From a virus: a DNA stretch of 64,000 bases. The notes under the pieces are model-generated. The model did not search any database and had not been told where the DNA came from. It saw nothing but the letters and a program-made list of their open reading frames with translations. This document shows positions 11,105-20,835 of this stretch, piece after piece. Each line of letters opens with the position of its first letter. Position 1 is the stretch's first letter. The stretch lies in IMG/VR virus record IMGVR_UViG_3300008255_000099, positions 1-64,000 of that record. The stretch is one strand, 5' to 3'. The position numbers and the translations under genes are program-made.

Positions 11105-11920
11105 TTATAATGGACCAAAGGCATTAACAGGATCCATTTCTTTAGCATAAACAGATATTTGGCAAGCTCTTAACAAGCTTGCTCCTTTGTTAACATATCC
11201 ATAAGAAATTGATTCGATTCGACAATCTCCAACAAATCTTGCTGGGACTCTCTCATCTTCTCGGTATTGTTCAATTATTTCTTTTGGTGTGACATCGGCC
11301 CCTGTTACTGGATGTGCAAATGTTGTTGTTGCCCATGGGTCTGTTAAACTATCTTCGTCATAAAGTTTTAGGTATGCTGCAACAGCCAAATCTTTTTCTC
11401 TCAAATCGGGTGCGACGGGGCCAGATCCACCATCATATCCAGTATGTGTATCATCCCAATCTGTTTCAAACTCACTTTCAATTGTAGTAATATATGGCGT
11501 TAATTGTGAAGCACTATAATTATCTACAAGGTATTGAGGATCAATAAAAGGATTAAGATCAAAAAAACATAAATCAAAAATCCACCATCTTGATAACTTT
11601 CTAATAGTCCTTTCTGCTAATCTTGCAATTTCATAAAGTTCTGTAGTGCTATCATCTTGATTATCTCTTCTAACATAAATAAGAATATCAAATTTATATT
11701 CTTTTTCTTGCGTTCTAAAAGCGCTCCAAGAAATATTTAACGCCTCTGCATCTATTGCTAATGCTGGTAAATCGTTCATTGAAATAACTTCACGATCACC
11801 ATGCCACCATCCAGCAATCGGTCTATCAAAAACACAAGGGACTGTCGCCGTACCGACAGCAATTTGGTTCGGCCAACCACTTCTAATTAATTCTCTAAAT
11901 GTTTTTGTTAATGCTTCCAT
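11105..11920 (-). CDS. Tail-completion/terminator-like protein
   Basis: DLPALAIDAE...EKEYKFDILIYVRRD...ELYEIARLAERTIRK pattern fits tail-completion proteins; lies near the head-tail adaptor. Confidence 0.45.
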   Translation of the reverse strand: MEALTKTFRELIRSGWPNQIAVGTATVPCVFDRPIAGWWHGDREVISMNDLPALAIDAEALNISWSAFRTQEKEYKFDILIYVRRDNQDDSTTELYEIARLAERTIRKLSRWWIFDLCFFDLNPFIDPQYLVDNYSASQLTPYITTIESEFETDWDDTHTGYDGGSGPVAPDLREKDLAVAAYLKLYDEDSLTDPWATTTFAHPVTGADVTPKEIIEQYREDERVPARFVGDCRIESISYGYVNKGASLLRACQISVYAKEMDPVNAFGPL

Positions 11921-11948
11921 TTTTCCTCAATTTTCTCAATTTTCTCAA

Positions 11949-12164
11949 TTAAGTATTTTCAATAAGCCACTTTTTGACAAACTCTTTATGATCTGAACTA
12001 GCATCATCAAAAGATTTTGGTAGAGTAGGATCATATTTAGATATCTTATCATAATAAACAGCCTGTTCAGGTGTTTTATGTACTTTTGTTCTAAATAAAA
12101 AATCTTTATTTTTTGTCAATTTATTTGAAATAGTTTCTTTTTTTTGTAACTTATTTTTTATCAT
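11949..12164 (-). CDS. Small hypothetical protein
   Basis: ORF tightly packed in operon. Confidence 0.6.
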   Translation of the reverse strand: MIKNKLQKKETISNKLTKNKDFLFRTKVHKTPEQAVYYDKISKYDPTLPKSFDDASSDHKEFVKKWLIENT

Positions 12165-12165
12165 T

Positions 12166-12651
12166 TTAAATCTTGGTAAAATCTGCTGGATCTTTGCTTG
12201 TTCTAGGTGGTGCTGCGAACAAGTCTGAATTTATTGTTCTATGAGACCTGTAGCTATCTTGTCCTCGAAGCCAATTGTATCCATTGACAATATATTCAAG
12301 TCTACTCATAGCTACTTTATACATTCTTTCTGTGAATTCTCCAGAGGCTTTTTCAGATCCTGATAATCTTTGTTGAAAAACCATCCATGCAGACATCACG
12401 GAGGAGATAAATGGTATAGGATCTGGATATTTAACAGTGCCATCAATATTTGTTTGTTTTAATGGGACATTATAAATTCCTCCTATCAAAGCGTTAATTT
12501 GATCATCTGCGGATGCGATATAAGATTGTAGATCCACTGTTGTTAAACTTTCTGGTCTTGGGTCAAGAACGTGTGGATTTGGATTTTCTCCTTCAATAAC
12601 AACTGCTCTTGGAAGATATAATCTAACATCTGATGTTGTACAATAAGCCAT
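12166..12651 (-). CDS. Head-to-tail adaptor, Mu gp36/DUF1320-like
   Basis: N-terminal MAYCTTSDV, SADDQINALIGGIYNVPL and YKVAMSRLEYIVNG are characteristic of this family. Confidence 0.65.
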   Translation of the reverse strand: MAYCTTSDVRLYLPRAVVIEGENPNPHVLDPRPESLTTVDLQSYIASADDQINALIGGIYNVPLKQTNIDGTVKYPDPIPFISSVMSAWMVFQQRLSGSEKASGEFTERMYKVAMSRLEYIVNGYNWLRGQDSYRSHRTINSDLFAAPPRTSKDPADFTKI

Positions 12652-12659
12652 TTTATCTC

Positions 12660-13361
12660 CTAATATATCATTTGATTTGTTTGATTTTCATTGAATTCAT
12701 TCAAATAACCTGGAACAAAATCTTTTCCATAATCTTTTGGTAATCCACCATTTTTTTCCCACCAAGATCTCGGTGTCTTTGTGTTAATGGCACTTTCAAG
12801 CAAATCAGAGGGTGTTTTCGATCCTGATGTCATAAAAAATTCATATTTAAAATCAGCATCAATATCAACATATTCTGTGTTAATTCTTTTAGAGTAAACC
12901 TCTATCCCTTCTGGTGCCCATTCTTCATCAACTATTTTATTTAATCTCTGGACCCATCTTGCTGATGGTTGCATTATAACAGCAAATCCACCTTGATTAT
13001 GGATTTCTTTAAAAATGCTTTGCCATTCAATTCTTTGTGGTATTTCATTTGAGATATTAAGAGCAATAACTCCGAGCCCATCTTGAGAAACAATTTCCTG
13101 ACCAGGAATAACATAGATATCAATCCCTTTTTTTTCTGCTATTTGTCTAGCTAATTGCCCTGGATGAAGCCAATCTGAAACAATTCCAATGATATCAAGA
13201 CTTCTAACTGTAGCTGCTTGCAAAAAACTATTCATTAATGGATATAATTGGAAATCATCAAAAACCTCATTACGACCAGGGACAGCGATATGAATATCTG
13301 ATCTTAATTCATTTTTTCTTAATGATTTTTTAATCATATTTTTAGCAAATTTTAGCCACAT
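12660..13361 (-). CDS. PHP-domain protein, apparently catalytically degenerate
   Basis: PHP layout (DIHI, LDIIGIVSD, VIPGQEI, GGFAVIMQP, GIEVYS), but His ligands of DxHxH, TDH, HP and SDAH are replaced. Confidence 0.6.
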   Translation of the reverse strand: MWLKFAKNMIKKSLRKNELRSDIHIAVPGRNEVFDDFQLYPLMNSFLQAATVRSLDIIGIVSDWLHPGQLARQIAEKKGIDIYVIPGQEIVSQDGLGVIALNISNEIPQRIEWQSIFKEIHNQGGFAVIMQPSARWVQRLNKIVDEEWAPEGIEVYSKRINTEYVDIDADFKYEFFMTSGSKTPSDLLESAINTKTPRSWWEKNGGLPKDYGKDFVPGYLNEFNENQTNQMIY

Positions 13362-13376
13362 GTTTTTACCTATGGT

Positions 13377-13835
13377 TTAAAAACCAGCTTCTAATCCTTC
13401 TAATCCATGCTCATCACGACCGCCTAAATCATCACTAAATAATTCTTGAGGGTCAAAATCATCGGACTCATCTTCTTCTGAGACTTCAGATCCCAATCCG
13501 ACTTCATCTAGAAACTGATTTGCTTTAACTCCCAAATCTATTAAATCATCAAGTCGGCCACGGCCAGCCATTTCTCTAATATCATGCATCAGATGACGCA
13601 GATCAAAATCTGGGTGTGTTCTTTCATAGTCAAGTGTTTCTGACGAACCCAAATGCCTTTTTAACTTTAATATTAATTCATCAGCGATGTTGCTTAAACC
13701 TTCTCTGTTTAAAGTTCTGGGATTTTCTTGACAGAATTTATATAGTTCTTTAAAAATAGAATTTGAATCTCTATGAAAACCTTCACGATCCAATTCGTCA
13801 ACAACAGATAGTGTTCTACAAATCTTTAAAAACAT
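13377..13835 (-). CDS. Acidic hypothetical protein with N-terminal helical tag
   Basis: LSVVDELDREGFHRDSNSI motif shared with about 10 other ORFs in the window. Confidence 0.7.
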   Translation of the reverse strand: MFLKICRTLSVVDELDREGFHRDSNSIFKELYKFCQENPRTLNREGLSNIADELILKLKRHLGSSETLDYERTHPDFDLRHLMHDIREMAGRGRLDDLIDLGVKANQFLDEVGLGSEVSEEDESDDFDPQELFSDDLGGRDEHGLEGLEAGF

Positions 13836-13851
13836 TTTGTTTACTCCTAAA

Positions 13852-13887
13852 AAATATCACCTTGGAGAATTCTCCAAGGTGATATTT
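13852..13887. terminator. Perfect 36-bp palindrome (terminator or operator)
   Basis: AAATATCACCTTGGAGAATTCTCCAAGGTGATATTT is self-complementary; lies between the actin gene and the next gene. Confidence 0.55.
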
Positions 13888-13919
13888 CTTTGAATCTTTT
13901 TAAAAACCTTTTTGTTATT

Positions 13920-15068
13920 TTATCTTTGTGTTAAAGCAGACACCAAACAACCATTAGAAACAGTGTACAAAGGATCTTCTGCTTTTCTAACTCCTTTGAC
14001 CTCAAATGGAAGATCTAATTTTTCTATTTCTTGCATAACAAGTTCTTCCATTCCATTCGGGGAACTTGTTCCACCTGCGATTACAATTTCGACAGCCTCT
14101 TCAACACTTTCACCTTGTTTTGCAAATTCACTCCCAAGTGTTTTAAGTGCATAAGAAATTAATCTTCGATAGAACATATCTAATGCCATAAGAATTTCGT
14201 AATTTCTTCTTTCTACAGCTTTTTTCCCACCACTTACTTCTTTTCTTGTTGATAATTCAAATGGATCTATTGTAAAATCAGCATATTTTTCTTTTAGTGC
14301 TGTAACTTTTGAAATACTTAAATCTGCTCTTGTCTTTGAGACTTGAAGATCAATCCAGTCCCCACCTGATCCTTCATTCATTCCATATGCATTAGCGATT
14401 GAGAATTCGACTAGTGGATAACTACGATAAGCAAAACAAACGTTTATCATTCCCCCGCCCATGGATATCCCGACACCTGAAAATGGGACTTCTTCCCCAT
14501 CTTCTGTCTCTATTGTTGGGTTAGTTGAATAAATAACAGCGAGACCTTCATTGATACTTTTAGGAGAAAAACCTAATTTTTGGATGATACCTTCAATCAT
14601 TTTTTCGTGATACATGGTGTTAAAATTTGCATCAACAGGATTTCCAGGGACAGAGAAACAAACGACTTCACCTTTTTCTTTTGGTGTCCCAAGTAAATTT
14701 TTCAGAATCTGTCTCATTATTGAAAATGCCAAGTCAGGTTCATCTGGATTTAAGACCCCTCCTGCCATTGGCCTTCGAAGCAATGCCTTTTCATTTCTAG
14801 AACTTCTTCTAACACCTTCCATGATATTTGCAAATTTAAGAGCATCACCACCGATTACATAAATTGATGTCCCATCTGATGACTCTATAAAATTAGCTTT
14901 GGATTGTTCTAGCATTACCTTTGCTTCTTCAGAGGCTTCTATTTTTAAAAAACAATCTCTTAAAATTTGATAAATCTCTTGGCCATCAATGTCTTTTGAA
15001 CAACAAGCGCAAAAAGCGGTCCCAACATCCAATCCAATCCCAGATTGTCTTTCACTTTTTTCTGACAT
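13920..15068 (-). CDS. Actin-fold ATPase, volactin-like family
   Basis: Phosphate-1 GIGLDVGT, YVIGGDALKFANI, RRPMAGGVL, FSVPGNPVD..TMYHEKM, INEGLAVIY, phosphate-2 GVGISMGGGMINVC, GGDWID, adenosine motif IVIAGGTS. Confidence 0.8.
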   Translation of the reverse strand: MSEKSERQSGIGLDVGTAFCACCSKDIDGQEIYQILRDCFLKIEASEEAKVMLEQSKANFIESSDGTSIYVIGGDALKFANIMEGVRRSSRNEKALLRRPMAGGVLNPDEPDLAFSIMRQILKNLLGTPKEKGEVVCFSVPGNPVDANFNTMYHEKMIEGIIQKLGFSPKSINEGLAVIYSTNPTIETEDGEEVPFSGVGISMGGGMINVCFAYRSYPLVEFSIANAYGMNEGSGGDWIDLQVSKTRADLSISKVTALKEKYADFTIDPFELSTRKEVSGGKKAVERRNYEILMALDMFYRRLISYALKTLGSEFAKQGESVEEAVEIVIAGGTSSPNGMEELVMQEIEKLDLPFEVKGVRKAEDPLYTVSNGCLVSALTQR

Positions 15069-15135
15069 TTTAAACTCCTTTGTTATTTTAGCTATTTTTA
15101 ATTTATAGACGATTTTTAAATTATTTTGTCTAATT

Positions 15136-15507
15136 TTATGTTTCTAGCAATTTTTTAACGAAATATAATAATTCCATTGGATTAAATGGTTTTGAGATAT
15201 AACAATCTATCCCATTTTCCCATGCTTTTAGAACATCGTTGTCTAATGATTTTGCTGTTAGCATAATTATGGGAATATCTTTTGTCGATAAATCGTTTTT
15301 AATTTTTTTAGTAAAATCTATACCATTTAAAAGTGGCAACATCCAATCAATAATAATTAAATTTGGAGGATCTTCTAACAAAGATAAAGCATCCAGACCA
15401 TTGCTTGATGTCAAAACGTTATATCCAGCCCTTTCAAGGTTTATTTTTAATAAAGTTCTAATCGTTTTTTCATCGTCTATAACCAAAATATTTTTTTTAT
15501 TTGTCAT
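15136..15507 (-). CDS. Stand-alone response regulator receiver (CheY-like)
   Basis: ILVIDDE, IIIDWMLP (phospho-Asp), IIMLTAK, YISKPF; no output domain. Confidence 0.9.
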   Translation of the reverse strand: MTNKKNILVIDDEKTIRTLLKINLERAGYNVLTSSNGLDALSLLEDPPNLIIIDWMLPLLNGIDFTKKIKNDLSTKDIPIIMLTAKSLDNDVLKAWENGIDCYISKPFNPMELLYFVKKLLET

Positions 15508-15549
15508 AAATTAGTAAGCCTTTGGTTATATTATACAGACAATCTAAAT

Positions 15550-15750
15550 TTAGACTGTATTTTTTTCTATTTGCTCATCTATTTTTACAGAATCTTTTTT
15601 CAGCTTAAAGATCTCTCTTTTAGCAGTTCTTTCAAGAAGTTTAACACTTTCGATATCACCAGATTCATCTAAAATATCAGCGATTTTTACTATAAATTCT
15701 ATTTCTGAATACTTCATTTTTTTCTCCAAATTAAATAAATTTTTGTCCAC
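15550..15750 (-). CDS. Small protein with helical tag
   Basis: IVKIADILDESGDIESVKLL motif. Confidence 0.55.
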   Translation of the reverse strand: MDKNLFNLEKKMKYSEIEFIVKIADILDESGDIESVKLLERTAKREIFKLKKDSVKIDEQIEKNTV

Positions 15751-16435
15751 AATTTGGACAAAAATTACTATTAATCGTAATCTCTGTGCATTTACAATTC
15801 TTACAAAATAGACCCATTCCCTCTTTTAGTGAAGAATTAATAGTCTTATTTTTCTCTTCAGTTTGTTTGATTTGTTTAATTTGTTTAATTTGTTTAAATG
15901 GTATTTTTTCTTCTAATTCTTCTAATTCATCTATCTCTTCTAATTCTGTTAATTCTGTTAATTCTGTTAATTCTTCTAATTCTACCAAAATTTCATCTTT
16001 TCTAGAGGCTGTTTTTGGAAGATACCCACCTATATTATCTCCGCTTGTTATTGCAACTGAATTTTTGGCTATATTTTCTAAAACTTTTTCTTGTCCAATA
16101 TCTATATATCCCTTCATATCACCATGTTTATCAATCCGTCTTGTCATTTCATATTCATCTTGATAATTAATATTTGGAGATAATCCTACTTCTTCATCTT
16201 CCTTGGCAAAATTTCTTTTATTTCCGAATTTATCTTGAAAAGATTTGTTACCATAAGCGTCCTCTGTTTTAGCAACTATTTTACCCTCGTCATCTATTTC
16301 AAGATTGATTTCATTAATTTCACCTTTTCTAAATGTCCTTCTTGGCCTAAAATCATCTTCTTTTGAAGCACTTCTAAATTTTTTAATAGATTCAATTGAA
16401 TCTATTGAATCTATATCTTTTTCATTCTTTGGCAT
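15731..16435 (-). CDS. Hypothetical protein with C-terminal zinc ribbon
   Basis: CKNC...FCPNCGQK at the C-terminus; 9-bp tandem repeats encode TEL/EEL and IKQ runs. Confidence 0.7.
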   Translation of the reverse strand: MPKNEKDIDSIDSIESIKKFRSASKEDDFRPRRTFRKGEINEINLEIDDEGKIVAKTEDAYGNKSFQDKFGNKRNFAKEDEEVGLSPNINYQDEYEMTRRIDKHGDMKGYIDIGQEKVLENIAKNSVAITSGDNIGGYLPKTASRKDEILVELEELTELTELTELEEIDELEELEEKIPFKQIKQIKQIKQTEEKNKTINSSLKEGMGLFCKNCKCTEITINSNFCPNCGQKFI

Positions 16436-16919
16436 TTTTATCTCTCCCAGGTTGTTCTTTTAACAAATCAGATAAATTATCTGTTTTAGATGATTTTATA
16501 ATCTTCTCTTCAGATTTTATAGTGGCGCAATCAATTTCATCTTCTCTATTTAAATGAATTGTAGCTGCTATCTCATCAAAATCTAAATTACCAGACAATT
16601 TATTAGATTCATTTAATTTGTTTGAATCATTTGAGATATTATACAACTCTTCTTGGATTATTTCTCTAATAGACTGTTTAATTAATTGACGAATTGAATT
16701 ATTTTTTTCTTCAAATGATTGAATCTGGGCACAATCTTCTTGCTCTTCCTCCATCTCTTGAAGTTTTCCAGCACTCAACATTCTAGAAAGGTCTAAAGAT
16801 CCTCCAAGTTTTTTAATTTCTAAAACCAGATCAAGATCTATAATCTGATCTGGTTTCATTAATAAATTAATGTCATTAATAAAAACATTTGTTTTACTAA
16901 TATTCTTTATTTTTTTCAT
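16422..16919 (-). CDS. Hypothetical protein (likely start MKKIKNIS at 16919)
   Basis: N-domain resembles 37305..38066; C-terminus resembles 18757..19104. Confidence 0.65.
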   Translation of the reverse strand: MKKIKNISKTNVFINDINLLMKPDQIIDLDLVLEIKKLGGSLDLSRMLSAGKLQEMEEEQEDCAQIQSFEEKNNSIRQLIKQSIREIIQEELYNISNDSNKLNESNKLSGNLDFDEIAATIHLNREDEIDCATIKSEEKIIKSSKTDNLSDLLKEQPGRDKNAKE

Positions 16920-16930
16920 TTTTAAATTTC

Positions 16931-17641
16931 TTAATAGGAAGCTTTTCTTATAGTACAAAAATTCATATATAATTCAAAACTATCTATATCTTTATATAAA
17001 TTTTCAAAACCATATGCTTCTTTGAATTCATTTATATAATTCATAGCTCTTTCTCTATTCCCAACTAACCATTGACCTTGTTTTAATGTATTAAAATTAG
17101 GCAAACAAACAGAATCATGAAGTTTTATAAAAAAATCCTTCCAAATTTGTTTTTTTGAAGAATAGAATAAATCTTCTATAAAATAAAGTCCACCTGGTTT
17201 TAATTTATCAAAATAAATATCAAAACTTTTTATAATTTGTTCTGGGTGATGGCTTCCATCATCTATGATCACGTCAAAAGAATCACAATCATTAAATAAA
17301 TTTTCAGCACAGGATTCTTCAGTGCAATCTCCTATTTTTATATGAATTCTTTCTTCCTCATGCTGTTTACATTTTTCTAAAATATCTAAGCCATATATCT
17401 CTGAATTTATAAAATAATTTTTCCATGTTCTTAATGAACACCCATTATGAACACCAATTTCTAAAATATTCATTTTATTATTTTTAATGTCATTTAAATA
17501 TTTATGATAATGTCTTGTATACCAATGTCCAGATGGGCTTTTATCAGTACCATATTTCAAAGACAATTCGTCTAATTCATGAATATCAGAATCTTTAATA
17601 ATATATTCTTTTAATGTTTCAGCGTCATTATACATTTTCAT
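16931..17641 (-). CDS. Class I SAM-dependent (sugar/O-) methyltransferase
   Basis: KYGTDK..GHWYT, ILEIGVHNGCSLRTWKNYF, IYGLDI, FDVIIDDGSH. Confidence 0.85.
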   Translation of the reverse strand: MKMYNDAETLKEYIIKDSDIHELDELSLKYGTDKSPSGHWYTRHYHKYLNDIKNNKMNILEIGVHNGCSLRTWKNYFINSEIYGLDILEKCKQHEEERIHIKIGDCTEESCAENLFNDCDSFDVIIDDGSHHPEQIIKSFDIYFDKLKPGGLYFIEDLFYSSKKQIWKDFFIKLHDSVCLPNFNTLKQGQWLVGNRERAMNYINEFKEAYGFENLYKDIDSFELYMNFCTIRKASY

Positions 17642-18764
17642 TAAAATACTCCTTATTTTTCCAAGAATTGTTTATAAGTTCAATTTTTTCCTCCCATTTA
17701 TTGAGAAGTTTTAAGTCATTCCTTATTTTTTGTAAATTTCTCCCATATCCATCACCTATCCCTATGGAAGATTTATAAATATTGTTGTTGATAGCAGAAT
17801 TATAAACATTATCAAAGCCATTAAAGCCAACCACGGGCCATAATTGCCCACAAATTTTACATTTAAACCATTCTAAATAATTATTTAAGATTCCAAGATA
17901 TTCAAGATTCTCAACTTCTTTTTCTTGTTTTTTATTTACACATTCATGTAAATAGCAAAAATTATCAGAACAATTTTTACAAAATCTATAATGATTAATA
18001 TTTTCATAATTATCGTCATAGCTACTTACTGGTAAAATTTTGGCATATTTTCTGCTTTCTCTTGAAAAATAAATCATCTGTGGAGAAGAAATAATAACTT
18101 CTTTTGTTAAATTCAAATCTGCTGCTACTTTCCATCTTGTTTCGATGTCCCAATCTTATTCGTACAACCAACTAGTTAAAGCTTCATCTGTCCCATTTAT
18201 TTTCAAAAAATCTTCTACAAAAAGACAAACGTCATAAAATGCATAGTTTATATATTTTGTTTGGATATTGATTATTTTTGAATCTGTTTCAAAACAAGAG
18301 GTTAAAGGATTTAAAACAATATCCTTTTCTAAAACAGATATTGTTTTGTTCGAAACAAAAGGATATTCACAATCTATTCCATTTAACCAAATTCTAGCAA
18401 ATCCGATGTTGCTGTCTTTAAAATCTTTTATAAAACTAACAATATTTTTATTAATAACTCTGTTTTGCCAATAATTAAAGAATCGGCAATGATCTGGAGT
18501 GATCATAGCAGCTACATTCCTAATAGCCCAATCATATCTTCTTGCTCTAAAATCTCTTTCATAGGGAAGATAAAAAGATTGAATTCCAGTCTCTTCTTCG
18601 AAGTTTTTAATTTTATCTTTTCTTAAATCTGATTTCCAAGGATCTATGAATAAAATTGAGAAATCTTTTGAGGATTGTGATTTTAAAGAATTTAGATTAA
18701 AATCATCAAGATCATCATTATAATAATAACCATTCAATGAAATTATCAAATCATTATTAATCAT
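17628..18764 (-). pseudogene. Glycosyltransferase (GT-A/GT7-C-like) split by an in-frame TAA at 18156-18158
   Basis: ORFs 18156..18764 and 17628..18116 share a frame; reads KINGTDEALTSWLYE*DWDIETRW, i.e. the NGxDExxxxWxxEDxDxxxR motif with one extra stop codon. Confidence 0.6.
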
Positions 18765-19104
18765 TATCTGTCCTTTTTAATTCTTTTAATTCTTTTAATT
18801 CTTTTAATCTATCTATTGTGTTATCACTTTTGATCTTGGAGCTTTTTTCAGAAAAATTAAGTGGAGTTTCTTTAATTTGATCTGAATCGATTCTTCTCAA
18901 ATGAAGATCTGCGATAGCATCACCCAAATCCATCCCTGTTTTTTTCTCATCCTCTTCTTGTTTAAATGAGAAATTTTGGGTGTTTGGGGTGTTTGGAATT
19001 TGATTATTTACAGAAATATTGAATACAATTTTTGACAACGATTTTGAAAAAATTAGACAACAAATAATCATTGTTAAACATATTAACAAAGTGTCTATAA
19101 GCAT
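18757..19104 (-). CDS. Small membrane-anchored hypothetical protein
   Basis: Hydrophobic N-terminus LLICLTMIICCLIF. Confidence 0.65.
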   Translation of the reverse strand: MLIDTLLICLTMIICCLIFSKSLSKIVFNISVNNQIPNTPNTQNFSFKQEEDEKKTGMDLGDAIADLHLRRIDSDQIKETPLNFSEKSSKIKSDNTIDRLKELKELKELKRTDND

Positions 19105-19119
19105 ATCTTATTTGCCCTT

Positions 19120-19890
19120 CTATTTTTGTTTTATATCATCATCGTCTTTTGAACCTTTTATAACACCAACGCTAATTCTTGGTTGACCATTATCCCTGGC
19201 CCAAGTTACAAATTCTTCAACGATTTTTTGTGCTTCTTCACTAGAATAAGCTTCCACTCTTAAAAGCTCGACGTTATATAAACTCGGTTTAGCTCTTCTA
19301 TCTGGATCAAATTTCCCCAACTCTTCATCTTTATCACTATTAACATCCGCTGCTAACGACACTTCTAAATCATTTGGAGAAAAATCTTCTGGCATACCAC
19401 CTGGGGCACCAGTCGGATCCATTTGCTCAACATTTGCTGGGGCATACTCTTGCATATTGCTTAAATTTTGAGCAACTTTTGTTAAGTCTTCCGCTGAATC
19501 AAAACTTCCTTCATCTCTACAGGTTATTGCCATTTTAATAATTTCTGTAATTATTTCTTTATTAGTTGCTGCTAATTTATCAGAAGCCATTTCATCTTCT
19601 CCTTTTAAAAAACTAAATTTTTTAATTATTTCTTTTATATTATCACCAACAATCTTTGAGATGATATCTATAAAGATAGAATTATTCCTTTTATATGGCA
19701 TTTCCTCTAACGCTTTTGAAAAACGCTTAATCAAAAGATATTCAAATTTTTCAAGCCTCTGGGGGTTATCAATATTCATAGCAATATATCTATGAATTTC
19801 ATCAAAGTTCTTTTCAAAATAATCATTTACGATTAAATCACATTTCTTTTTAGCTAATAAAAATTGAGCGTCACTTAAAGAAGTATCCAT
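19120..19890 (-). CDS. Hypothetical protein with internal helical tag
   Basis: IIKMAITCRDEGSFDSAEDLTKVAQ, followed by an acidic region. Confidence 0.7.
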   Translation of the reverse strand: MDTSLSDAQFLLAKKKCDLIVNDYFEKNFDEIHRYIAMNIDNPQRLEKFEYLLIKRFSKALEEMPYKRNNSIFIDIISKIVGDNIKEIIKKFSFLKGEDEMASDKLAATNKEIITEIIKMAITCRDEGSFDSAEDLTKVAQNLSNMQEYAPANVEQMDPTGAPGGMPEDFSPNDLEVSLAADVNSDKDEELGKFDPDRRAKPSLYNVELLRVEAYSSEEAQKIVEEFVTWARDNGQPRISVGVIKGSKDDDDIKQK

Positions 19891-19899
19891 AATTTAGAC

Positions 19900-20835
19900 C
19901 TATATATTGATAGCTTTCTTCAGACTAGTAGATAAATCCTGTTGCTGATTAAGGAAATAATCAATATCTCCAATAAGTTTTAAGCAATAAACTTGTGTCT
20001 CATCTTCATCTTGTTGGTCAACTTGTGTCTTATCTTTTTCTTTTTTATTTTTAATAATAACATATGAAATATCTTTAATTTCTGGATTTTTTAAAACAAA
20101 TTTATAAGTTGAACCAAAAACAAGTCCAACTGATGGGATATCCCATTGTTTAACAGGGGATATTTCAGTGTTCTTTCTAAACATTGAAATATTTCCATCA
20201 ATATTTGATGACCATCTTCCCCATGTAGAAATTTTAAAATAAATATTTATAATTGCTTTTTTATCGAAAGAATTAGATCCGTATGGAACAATTGATATTC
20301 TTTTAGTATTTGAAAGAATATCTCCGATGCCATACATGGAAACACCAGAAAGCTCACAAGTGCTCATTGGAATAAGACGCTTTTTTATTTCATCAGATTT
20401 TTGATTTAAATTAATTTTTTCCGATAATATTTCACCTGGAACTTTTGATTTAAATTCATCAAAATAATCGTATGGAATCACATTCCCTATTTTTATAGAT
20501 GATTTACAAGACAAATAAAAATCTTCGGAAAGAATTATTTCGAATTTCTCTATTTCACAATCTTCCATAATTCCATTGACACTATCAACTATAGAAAATT
20601 TATCACCGTAAATAGCAGACATCAAAAATGGATGAGAAGAATAACCTAATTGCCCAGATGGTAAAATAGTTAAAACATCAGCAGAACATGTGTCTGGATA
20701 ATAACTGTATAACCAAGCCCCCAACCAAAGATTCCTTTCTTTTGAAAGAAAATCTAATGGGTTCATATTGTCTCGATAAACTTTAGAAAAAACACCAGGC
20801 ATTATTCCTATAAAATCGTCATTTGATAAATTCAC
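19900..20835 (-). CDS. Hypothetical protein (GTG start)
   Basis: 311-codon ORF in operon. Confidence 0.7.
   Translation of the reverse strand: MNLSNDDFIGIMPGVFSKVYRDNMNPLDFLSKERNLWLGAWLYSYYPDTCSADVLTILPSGQLGYSSHPFLMSAIYGDKFSIVDSVNGIMEDCEIEKFEIILSEDFYLSCKSSIKIGNVIPYDYFDEFKSKVPGEILSEKINLNQKSDEIKKRLIPMSTCELSGVSMYGIGDILSNTKRISIVPYGSNSFDKKAIINIYFKISTWGRWSSNIDGNISMFRKNTEISPVKQWDIPSVGLVFGSTYKFVLKNPEIKDISYVIIKNKKEKDKTQVDQQDEDETQVYCLKLIGDIDYFLNQQQDLSTSLKKAINI

Noticed and set aside
12660-13835. In-frame fusion across TAA at 13377
   Set aside because: 15-nt gap with its own RBS; the downstream gene begins with the MW leader typical of independent genes.
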